From Lytechinus pictus (lineage: Eukaryota): a stretch of 64,000 nt of DNA. The translations under genes and the position numbers were made by a program. Where the stretch lies: contig NC_087257.1 in assembly GCF_037042905.1 (NCBI RefSeq), positions 24,056,001-24,120,000 of the forward strand, read 5' to 3'. Below, one piece after another: positions 26,056 to 35,200 of this stretch (position 1 is its first letter; each line of letters opens with the position of its first letter). The notes below the pieces were generated by a model, which worked only from the letters and a program-made list of their open reading frames with translations, ran no database searches and had not been told where the DNA came from.

Positions 26056-29000
26056 CTAAATGTCTGAACGTTCCTCTCGCTTCATCAGAGATACAAGTTT
26101 AGTGATGGGTCTGTTTGCACATGTGCCGTCTGCAAACTTCACTTCAACAATTCTTACCAGTCCATCTTGTCCAGGTTTGGTGTCTACTACTTCGGCCATC
26201 TTCCAAGACCCACGTCTTTTGTCATCACCGATGACAAGGACAATATCGTTCTTCTCTATGTTCTCTGCAGAATGTTGCCACTTCTGACGTGGCGTCAACT
26301 TGTGGATGTAGCCAAGCCATCTATGCCAAAACCCGTCCACCATTTTATTGCAAAGTTCTCTACGTTTGCGTGGATCTCCTTTGTAGTCTTCACAAGGGAT
26401 GTCTGGACAGGTCAATTCCCCTCTACCAATAAGAAAATGATTGGGGGTAATTGGAGGATGGTCCATGGGTGAGGAAGACATCGCAGTCAGGGGGCGGCTA
26501 TTGATGAGACCTGAGATCCTGCAGAAGATGGTCTCCCATTCCACAAAGGTTAGACGATCCGCCTTCACAAGATGCCGCATAGCTTTCTTTACTTCCTGGA
26601 CCATGCGCTCAACCGCTCCTTGGTGGTGAGGTCCTCCTGGTGGTCCGAACTTCCACTCGATTTTGAAACGTTGACAGTGCTCACGGACCTGTGTTTGGTT
26701 GAGTTTAAGATTCAGTTCATTGATTGTATTGTCAGCCCCTCGGAAACAAGTGGCATTGTCACTAACCATCATGGCAGGTGCTCCTCTAACACTGACAAAC
26801 CTTTCCAAGGCTTGAAGGAAAGCCTGAGTTGAGAGGTCCTGGACAACAGTCAAGTGGACAGCCCTGGTAACTGCACATGTGAATAAAGCACAGTATCCTT
26901 TGGTCGTGGTATTACGATTCAGTTTCACCATTACTGGGCCTAGATAGTCTACCAAGGTGGTCTTGAAGGGTGGAGAACAAGGGCTGATCCGGAACTCTGG
27001 TAAATCGGCCATTCTCTGGTGTGCCGGTCTTCCTCTATATCGTCTGCAAGGGATGCAACAACGAACAACACGTCGTGCGATGTTCATGTCGCCTACTATC
27101 CAATACCTCTTCCTGACCTCATTCGCAGTCCGCAAATGACCACCATGAAGGGCATGTAGATGTCTATCACGTACAAGGAGGAAGCTAATGTGGCTATTCT
27201 TTGGCAGAAGATAAGGATGGCGAACATCATACGACAAAGGGGCCCTACCAAGACGTCCGCCAACACGATACACCTGTTGGTCCTCATCAAAGAATGGACT
27301 GAGTTTCTGTATATTGGGATCTTGGAAATCTATCCCTTTCTGTGCTTGCCTGACCCAATATAGCTCTGCTTCCTTGATCATTCTTTGGGATGGCCATTCA
27401 GAGATCTGCCGGATGAGTTGCTTCAGCCATTGATTCCGTGGAAGCTCCTTGAGGGATAACACCCTGGCCGTGACCATCTGGAGTCTAGACCAACTAGAGA
27501 ATTTGGTTGCATCAACAATTGGATAATTCTTGGACACAGCATTCACAGATAATGCGAAAGTTTTGCTGTTTCGGGAGTGAAATTTCTTCCGTTCAGGATC
27601 TCCTGGTTTGACGGGAATGTTTTCAGGTGTCTTCGGCCATGATTGAGGAGGTAATCTCAAGAATCCTGGTCCATCAATGACCTCCTGCATGTCTGTGACA
27701 TCGCCTCCTCTAGAAATGAGATCAGCTGCATTTTCATCTGTGGGAACGTAGGCGATATCACTGTAGGGGTCAAATTCAGAAGTGATCTCACCAACTCGAT
27801 GGGCAACATATGAGCGGAAGGTTTTCGATTGCCCTCTTAGCCAACTTATCACCGTCATGCTGTCTGTCCATATCTTCCATCCTTCTATGTTGAGGCGTAG
27901 AGCACTTCGGATGGTGTACATCAATCTGGATAGAAGGAGAAGAGCTTGTAACTCCTTCCGAGGCATACTTGTTTGCTTTAGTGGCGTCACCCTAGACCTG
28001 GCACAGACAAAGGATAAATGAGCTTGTTGACTGTCAGTATGGGACCATCTCAGCCAAACTGCGAAACCCATAGCGTCCTCCGATGCATCGCTAAAACCAT
28101 GCATATATGCTGTAGGTAGAGGTCTCTTTCCCCTGTAAGGCTCCGGTATCAGACATCTTGGAATCTCAATGCCATCCATTTTGTCAAGGTCTCTGTTAAT
28201 CTTACTCATCATGGCATACAATTCACTGCTTTTGTCAATAGGGGAGTCCCAGTCAAGGTCTATTTGCCATAACATTTGAAGAAGAATCTTGGGGCGTACC
28301 AACAGACCAGAAAGCATTCCAAAAACATCGTAATAGGATGCCGTTTGAGCAAGAATCTTCCGTTTGGTCAGGGTAGTATCGTCAGAGGGTTTGACCTTCT
28401 TCACGCTCAGTGTATCCTTAGATAGATCCCAACTGGTTCCAAGAACTGTAGCAGTTTCAGTGTTTTCTGTCTCGTCACATACCTTTTTCACATTAGATTG
28501 CCACTTCCTTATGTTGAAGTTTCCCTTCTTCAGCGTGTCCGTCAATTTAGACTTCAGCTCCAGAGCTTCCTCAGTGGTCCTGACTGACTCATTCAGGTCG
28601 TCCATATAGAATTGCTCTGTGATTACTTTCTGTAGTTTGTCATCATCCGGTGCATGTTCACTAGCCACATGTCTGAGAGTGACTATTGCTGCAGTAGGGG
28701 AGGGCTTGTCCCCAAATGTAACGGTTCTCAGTTCATAGACTTGCATTGGGTGATTTGGATTTTCTCTAAACACAAATCTGTGGAATCTAGCATCATCTGG
28801 GGGAATCTTGATCGCCTGGAACATCTTTGAAATGTCAGCGATCACGCCCACTTCATTTTCACGGAACCGGAGGGCTACCTCAAACAGATTTGAGTTGACG
28901 TTCTCTCCTTTGATAAGATAATCATTCAGGGAATGTCCTTGAAATTTCGCCTTACCGTCATATACAACACGGACTGGAGTGGTTTTTGAGTCTTTGACAA

Positions 29001-31281
29001 CTGCGAAGTGTGGAAGGAACCACATCTTGTTCCCTGTTTCCCTGTCTTGTTGCAACTCATCCTGCGTCACTAGCCGAGAGACACCCCTTTCCAGTTGATC
29101 CTTCATTTGCCGACAGTAGACCTCCCACTCCTTTGGGCGATTTCTGAACTGGTTCTCAAGGCTCTTCTGTCTCTTTACAGCGTACTCATAGTTATCTGGT
29201 AACCCTTCTGGAGATCGCTTCCAGGGTAAGCGGATCTCATAAGAACCATCTGGTAGTTGATTGACACTCTTCATCATGGATTCAGTAGCTCCTTTCTCAT
29301 CATCAGAAATGCACTTGCATTTCCTGGGTTCCAAGCCAGCCGTCTCGAGTCCAATGAACTCCTCTAGGGATCCTGAAGCGACCACGTTAACGTAGTTAAG
29401 AAGTGGTGCTGTGTTAGATGGACCTCCTTGAATAAACCAACCTAGGGGACATCTTACCGCAACTGGTTCATCGGGTCTGCCTCCTCTGATATATTCCTCC
29501 CAGACCATAAGGTGAGTATTGTCCACTCCAAGTAATAGATCAATTACTGGTGATGAGGCTTCATCAATATTTACACCTGTCAAGTGGTCATATGATTCCA
29601 GCTGCTGAGGAGTAATGACAGGTATATCTCCACAGGGTTTCTCGATCTCAATGGCTCTCAAGGGGTATGAACAATTTCCTTGGCTATCCTCGATTTCACA
29701 TTCCAGGATCCTCAGCTTGCGTTTGATAATGCTTCCACCTACAAGGCTCAGGTCATGGTCCTGGTAACAGTCGCCATCAATTCTGGGAAAGATTCCTGTT
29801 CTTACGAGGGTGGCCTGACTACCCCCATCTATCAGGATGCGTACAGGGTGTCGTTTGTTACCACATCGCAGAAAACCCATCACAGTTGGTAAGGTAGCCT
29901 GCAGTTTCCCTAGTTCTGTGCTTGTAGAAGATTGAACTGAGCTGTTGGAATGCATGGGTCTCACAATGTCTTCTTGATTAGCACTGACTCTTCGACTCTG
30001 ATCTCTGGCATCATCATGGGCTTTGGTACAAATGGCGGGAAAGTGCTCATCACTACCACACATCTGGACTCGACATGGTGACCTGAACTGGCACTTACTG
30101 TGGTCATAAGGTGGCTTGCCTGAGATACAGTTATTATGGCCACACCTGAAGCAGATGTTGTTAGACTTCATCACGTCAAATTTCTCCTTTAGCGCAAGGG
30201 ACCTGAATTTATTGCATGTTTTCAGATAATGAGATGAGGTCTTTGGGTGCAGAGGGCACTTTGGGATGTGTGCAGTTGATGTATCCTCCCTCAACATGGC
30301 TGCGTTGAAGGACTTTGAAACTCTCTTTGTAGGTTCCAAGCTTTCAGATGTAGTAGATTTTGATTTCTCAATTAGGATGTGCTGTTGATATAGCCATTTG
30401 CTGAGTCCTGAGAGGGAATCATCAGTATTGTCATCGCGAACACTTTTGTAATACAGAATCCTATGTTCCTCTGGGAGCTTCAACTTGATTTGGCTCAGCA
30501 TAATCCTGCTATTCATCTCACCTGCTAAACCAATCGTCTCTGCTTGGCATTCAAAATTCTGAAGAACCTGGATGAAGTTTGCCATTGCAGGAAGATTAAC
30601 CTTTCCTTTACTCTCATATGGCTTGAGACTATCCAAATCCTGTAGCAGTCTGTCAACTACTCGGTCTTTGTCATCAAAGCGTTGGTCTAGCATCTCCCAT
30701 GCTCTTGCTACACTCGAACAGCTTTTGACCAAGTTTCTTTCCTTCTGAGACATCATTGATTCTGACAACTGGAAGAAACATTCAATCTCCGACAGTTCCT
30801 TCGTACAATGTTGGAACATTTCCTTGAATCTCTGATATTCCCTGATATCTCCATTGAATGTTGGGAATTTAAGTCTCGCCATCCTGGGAGCACAGGCACC
30901 TGCAGATTGATTCCGAGAGGTAGGAGCAGGAGAGCTTGGAGGAGTAGTTGACTGTTGATTGGATGCTTGGTTGATTGATGATGGCGACAGCTGTTTGCTG
31001 AGGATTTTCCTACCATCATTAATCTTCTGGACAAAGTCTGCCTCACAGTTGACCATCCAGGTTTCCTGTGCTTCAAATTCAACGTCGTTCTCTATTACCT
31101 GTACAAGCTCTGCGTGCGTCTCTTCTACCCTTGCGAACTGTTCCTCGGCCTTGTCGATGTACTGCTTGAGGAGACTAGTATCTGCAGAGTCATTGGAGAG
31201 GTTGACAATAGCTGTTAATGTCCTCGTCAATTGTCCCTTCAGATTGCGCCTCGAAACCTTTAGAGCCTTTGTGTCAGCCAT
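26056..31281 (-). CDS. BEL/Pao Gag-Pol polyprotein (1741 aa)
   Basis: FPTFNGD gag motif, three Cys/His knuckles, aspartic protease ILIDGGS, RT ADISKMF...FYMDD, Pao RNase H HGFSDASE/PRKEL/WTDS, integrase HHCC + VDYLGP/SDNAT/VERMV; no stops. Confidence 0.97.
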   Translation of the reverse strand: MADTKALKVSRRNLKGQLTRTLTAIVNLSNDSADTSLLKQYIDKAEEQFARVEETHAELVQVIENDVEFEAQETWMVNCEADFVQKINDGRKILSKQLSPSSINQASNQQSTTPPSSPAPTSRNQSAGACAPRMARLKFPTFNGDIREYQRFKEMFQHCTKELSEIECFFQLSESMMSQKERNLVKSCSSVARAWEMLDQRFDDKDRVVDRLLQDLDSLKPYESKGKVNLPAMANFIQVLQNFECQAETIGLAGEMNSRIMLSQIKLKLPEEHRILYYKSVRDDNTDDSLSGLSKWLYQQHILIEKSKSTTSESLEPTKRVSKSFNAAMLREDTSTAHIPKCPLHPKTSSHYLKTCNKFRSLALKEKFDVMKSNNICFRCGHNNCISGKPPYDHSKCQFRSPCRVQMCGSDEHFPAICTKAHDDARDQSRRVSANQEDIVRPMHSNSSVQSSTSTELGKLQATLPTVMGFLRCGNKRHPVRILIDGGSQATLVRTGIFPRIDGDCYQDHDLSLVGGSIIKRKLRILECEIEDSQGNCSYPLRAIEIEKPCGDIPVITPQQLESYDHLTGVNIDEASSPVIDLLLGVDNTHLMVWEEYIRGGRPDEPVAVRCPLGWFIQGGPSNTAPLLNYVNVVASGSLEEFIGLETAGLEPRKCKCISDDEKGATESMMKSVNQLPDGSYEIRLPWKRSPEGLPDNYEYAVKRQKSLENQFRNRPKEWEVYCRQMKDQLERGVSRLVTQDELQQDRETGNKMWFLPHFAVVKDSKTTPVRVVYDGKAKFQGHSLNDYLIKGENVNSNLFEVALRFRENEVGVIADISKMFQAIKIPPDDARFHRFVFRENPNHPMQVYELRTVTFGDKPSPTAAIVTLRHVASEHAPDDDKLQKVITEQFYMDDLNESVRTTEEALELKSKLTDTLKKGNFNIRKWQSNVKKVCDETENTETATVLGTSWDLSKDTLSVKKVKPSDDTTLTKRKILAQTASYYDVFGMLSGLLVRPKILLQMLWQIDLDWDSPIDKSSELYAMMSKINRDLDKMDGIEIPRCLIPEPYRGKRPLPTAYMHGFSDASEDAMGFAVWLRWSHTDSQQAHLSFVCARSRVTPLKQTSMPRKELQALLLLSRLMYTIRSALRLNIEGWKIWTDSMTVISWLRGQSKTFRSYVAHRVGEITSEFDPYSDIAYVPTDENAADLISRGGDVTDMQEVIDGPGFLRLPPQSWPKTPENIPVKPGDPERKKFHSRNSKTFALSVNAVSKNYPIVDATKFSSWSRLQMVTARVLSLKELPRNQWLKQLIRQISEWPSQRMIKEAELYWVRQAQKGIDFQDPNIQKLSPFFDEDQQVYRVGGRLGRAPLSYDVRHPYLLPKNSHISFLLVRDRHLHALHGGHLRTANEVRKRYWIVGDMNIARRVVRCCIPCRRYRGRPAHQRMADLPEFRISPCSPPFKTTLVDYLGPVMVKLNRNTTTKGYCALFTCAVTRAVHLTVVQDLSTQAFLQALERFVSVRGAPAMMVSDNATCFRGADNTINELNLKLNQTQVREHCQRFKIEWKFGPPGGPHHQGAVERMVQEVKKAMRHLVKADRLTFVEWETIFCRISGLINSRPLTAMSSSPMDHPPITPNHFLIGRGELTCPDIPCEDYKGDPRKRRELCNKMVDGFWHRWLGYIHKLTPRQKWQHSAENIEKNDIVLVIGDDKRRGSWKMAEVVDTKPGQDGLVRIVEVKFADGTCANRPITKLVSLMKREERSDI

Positions 31282-31318
31282 CTTGCGTTGATAATATACA
31301 GCAAAGTTGTTGAAGAAC

Positions 31319-32128
31319 TGTTAAGACCGTGTCAGCATATACCACGTTGTCACAATAACCACAAAGGAGGCGTATTCTAAAATTAGCTTCCTTTTAATAC
31401 TTGGAAGTATCTCAGTAGCGGTGCTAGCTTGTAGCATATATTCAACAACTGTGTGTGAATCCTGTAGCAAATAACAAAAATTAAACAACAAAGATTTAGA
31501 CTCTTGATTAAGTACTAATGGTTCCTTTCACATAGTATTACAATGGGTTAATAACTTGGAAATGATATCAATACCTCTTTCACTTGTCAACTGTAACGTG
31601 TTATTATTCATTACACTTTTATGTAAACACTTGTGCTTATCTATATCATTAAAACATAAGCTTCTTATTCACTGAAATGTGTTTGAAATGTCATTTGTTT
31701 TGTTTCTAAAAATTACATAAACATCTATTATTATTTATGATCAAACTGCACAATTCAGTTTCTTTTGCAAAGTGTTTAGCAAAGTATTGTAATATTTGTC
31801 AAAAAACGACTTAATCGAAACTAGCTTAAAGCCGAATCACCAAAGAAACATCAGAAAATATTCCTCCGCTTTGAAAACGTGCGCGGAAAATATCCGTACA
31901 ATTGGGTTTCAAAGTGATTAGCGTAAGAAAAATAGGTCTCATATCTCACCTCAAATGTATGAGTTATTGAACCAAATTAAACAAAATACGTGTTTTCAAA
32001 TAATTGACAAACTATCATAAAACATGTTTGTTTCTCTCATTTGCCTTGAATTACATTAACAACAAATTTTCATGAATTAAACTTTCACTCGGTACGCTGT
32101 CATGTTGAACACGTTTGTATTAACGTTA
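31319..32128 (-). repeat. 5' LTR of A, ORF-proximal part
   Basis: Matches 24669-25478. Confidence 0.96.
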
Positions 32129-32650
32129 TGTTGTAAAAATGGAAGTTGTGGGTTACAGATGATGTGATGGCACGAGATACGATACAATACGATGGCGAGT
32201 GGTTATAAATGACAAGTACAACACTGACAAGGGTTATTACTCACTAATTACACGAATGGGTTACCGACGATACAAGACACGGACAACAACTAATACTCAC
32301 CTGACACTTGTACTAAGGATTCCACACGGTAGATAACTAACTCAGGTAACATTGACTTCTATGTAGCTAGGTTGCAGACCATGGCGCCGAGTGGGGAGCT
32401 ACTATGTCCTCACTCGATGGCGTCTCGGGGTCTTCTCTCTCTGGTGTCTAGTCTGGATCTAATCTCTTGCACCAGCTTGTGTACGTGCTGTGCAACGCAC
32501 GTACACACGTAGCATGCGAAGGAGCATATAAAGGCTCCTCCAATCAGGACGCTCCTCGCATGCACACAGCACACACACAGACTTAACATACATGAACATA
32601 GGTCAATACATAGACTAATACATATACAGGTACATGGCAAATTTACTACA
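32129..32650 (-). repeat. 3' LTR of B (522 bp)
   Basis: Direct repeat of 39093-39633 with clustered differences. Confidence 0.93.
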
Positions 32651-33655
32651 TTCCTCCCGGTTCCATCAGATTGCGACATATATGACAAATCCATGAATTG
32701 GCTATATTGTGCAATCTCAATAGATATAAACAGATATGAAGAACTCTGACAGAAGAATGTAATATATGCCTAGGCTATATGATTAAAACTGATTAAATAT
32801 ATGACATCAATAAAATACCTCAAATACACAAAAAGTGTGATCTGAGGATATGAACTATTCTTAACTTGTTCATTAAAAAGATTGCTGGTCCAGCAAAATG
32901 AAACATCTCATCACTTGAGACCAGCAAATATACACTTGGAGAAACAAGAACAAGTTAATGGTAAGTATTAATCTGGCCAGGCTGGCCCAGTCTTGTCTAT
33001 GTATTGATACAAAGGTTATCTTCTCATTTAGTGCAAGTCTGAATGACTGAAAGAAGATATGTTCATCCTTCAAAGTGCACTACTTGACAAAGATTCTTAA
33101 AGTTGACTCTTGGTCAGTGCTTTATATTAAATTGTATATTGTACTATTAAAATAATGACAATGGAATAAAGCCAATTTGGCTGGAGCTCTATTACCAATT
33201 AATATAGGCCTGTACAATGTGACCTTTACAAATATGATATATAATTGGTCATATGTTTGAGCTCTTAAAAACATATAAAAATGTAAGGATAATTCAACCA
33301 GATCTGGTGCAAATAGATATAACAGCCTGGACCTGACATACATACATAGTATTTTCTCTTGAGAAAAAAACTACTACTATTTCAACATCCTGTATGACAA
33401 TATTTCCAAGGTTGTTTATAAAGCCTTTGCAAACAAGGTAAAAGATCTTTGGTTGAAATATCTATATCTTTATGAAATATAAAATATATACAAATATGAT
33501 AAAAGAATTATCTATTGCATAACCAGTGTATGCAACTATTACTTCATATGTCACCTGAAGAGGTAAAAACTATTGAAAAATAAGAAGTGTGCCCTTACCT
33601 TCAGTGACTATAGAATTAATTATAATGCCTAACAGAAATTTCAATTGCAGGACTT

Positions 33656-35200
33656 TCAGCAACTGATCAAGGAGATATTACTCCATTCTTGGGGTGGTGG
33701 CCAGGGAGGAAGGAGCCAAGGACAAGATGTAAGAAATGGGTTGTTACCTAAACTACAAACATACCTCTGGTTCCACCACAAGAAAGAACTGAGGAATTCA
33801 AGGATAGAGAACTTAGGAGGGGTAATTCCCAAAAGTAATTGCACAAGATAACTTTGCCCATACTTGGCATCCTCAGTAGAGGCTCGACTGTCCTCTGACA
33901 CAGTTACAAGACTTGCATTATCTACACCTATATTATTTACAGTATCATCACTTACACATGTAGTATGTACAGTTACATCATCTACACATGTGGTATTTAC
34001 AGTTACTTCATCTACACTTAAGATATCTACATGTGTTATTGCTAAACGTTCTGGACAGTTCCTCTTAAAATGTCCAGATTTGTTGCATGCAAAACAAACA
34101 TCACGACAAGACACCTTGGATTCAGTGTCTTCTGTCGAAGGAGAACGTGTAGGCTCATTCAGCTCTTGAACAGCCGTGACCAATGCCTGGACTGTAGACT
34201 GTAAGGACTTCATCTGTGTCTCTAGAGATTGAAGGTTGTCGACCTTCTTCTCAATACTTGACAAACGGTCCTCCAGCTTGTCCAGACGAGAGGGCAGCTG
34301 AGCATTAGAAGCGCGCCCGGAAACACCCATACGGTTGATTCTGGGATCCTCCTCAACAGTATCGTACGGCATTTGTCTTGCATACTTCTGCTTACACTGA
34401 AACAACTGAACTCTGTAAATGGCTTCCTCAAGAGTCTGCGGATGTGAATTAAGAGCATATTGTCCCGCTTCATGGTCTAAGGAACCCTGGCAAAATTTAT
34501 AAATGATTTTCTTCCCAACAATCTCCTCAGGCTGTCCTTCAAATGCACGTGCGGCAAGAGATAAGACACAACGTGCCCAATCTATTTCAGATTCAGTTGT
34601 AGCCTGTTTTGACGAATTGAATATCAATTCGTCTTTAGGAGTCTCCTGGGAAACAAATCTTTGTTCAAACTTCTTGATCAAATTTGTATAGGTAATGCTT
34701 TGTTCGCGACCAAGAACTAATGCCAGAAATTCACTTGCACTTCCCTCTAAACAGTAGCAAAACTGATTGCGCTCTTGGGCTTGATCCCAACCATTTGTCT
34801 CAGAATACAGTTGGAATTTACATAAGAAAGACTGCCAACTCCCTCTGCCATCGAAGGTCAAGAACTTGGGCAACGAGGAAACCCGCGCACCAGAAGTACT
34901 CCCACAAGAATAAGAACTGTGGGCACCACAACCTCGATTGAAGGGGGGAGGCTTTGCACAATCATAACGGCATTTATTGGCACATTTAAGTACAAGATCT
35001 GCTAGATGGAAATCGGATATACCATATGCCTGTGAATAATCAAACGTAGTACCAAACTCAACTACAAAATTGTCAGGATAATCTAGCTTGTATAGATTCC
35101 TTGCCAGTAAACCCTCAGTTAAGTATCTGTTTCTCGTACGAAGGTGTAAAATGTCTTCAACTAATCTTTGTTTTGCTCTAGTGATATCACTTTGCAGCAT
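33656..35200 (-). CDS. Retrotransposon Gag-like protein (about 514 aa from the first ATG)
   Basis: Capsid-type motif LPKFLTFDGRGSWQSF...NGW...LEGSA, predicted coiled coil, CCHC knuckle CFACNKSGHFKRNC, 10-aa repeats, C-terminal PPWPPP. Confidence 0.88.
   Translation of the reverse strand: MLQSDITRAKQRLVEDILHLRTRNRYLTEGLLARNLYKLDYPDNFVVEFGTTFDYSQAYGISDFHLADLVLKCANKCRYDCAKPPPFNRGCGAHSSYSCGSTSGARVSSLPKFLTFDGRGSWQSFLCKFQLYSETNGWDQAQERNQFCYCLEGSASEFLALVLGREQSITYTNLIKKFEQRFVSQETPKDELIFNSSKQATTESEIDWARCVLSLAARAFEGQPEEIVGKKIIYKFCQGSLDHEAGQYALNSHPQTLEEAIYRVQLFQCKQKYARQMPYDTVEEDPRINRMGVSGRASNAQLPSRLDKLEDRLSSIEKKVDNLQSLETQMKSLQSTVQALVTAVQELNEPTRSPSTEDTESKVSCRDVCFACNKSGHFKRNCPERLAITHVDILSVDEVTVNTTCVDDVTVHTTCVSDDTVNNIGVDNASLVTVSEDSRASTEDAKYGQSYLVQLLLGITPPKFSILEFLSSFLWWNQRYVCSLGNNPFLTSCPWLLPPWPPPQEWSNISLISC

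Noticed and set aside
26060-31291. Many short ORFs antisense or out of frame to A's polyprotein (likewise 55365-59833 in C and 44576-44875 in NXPE)
   Set aside because: They are shadow ORFs of long coding regions with no recognisable motifs.
32873-33343. Small hydrophobic ORFs (66 and 73 aa) downstream of B's gag as an env-like or pol remnant
   Set aside because: They are short, lie in very AT-rich DNA where such ORFs are expected, and show no RT, IN or fusion motifs.
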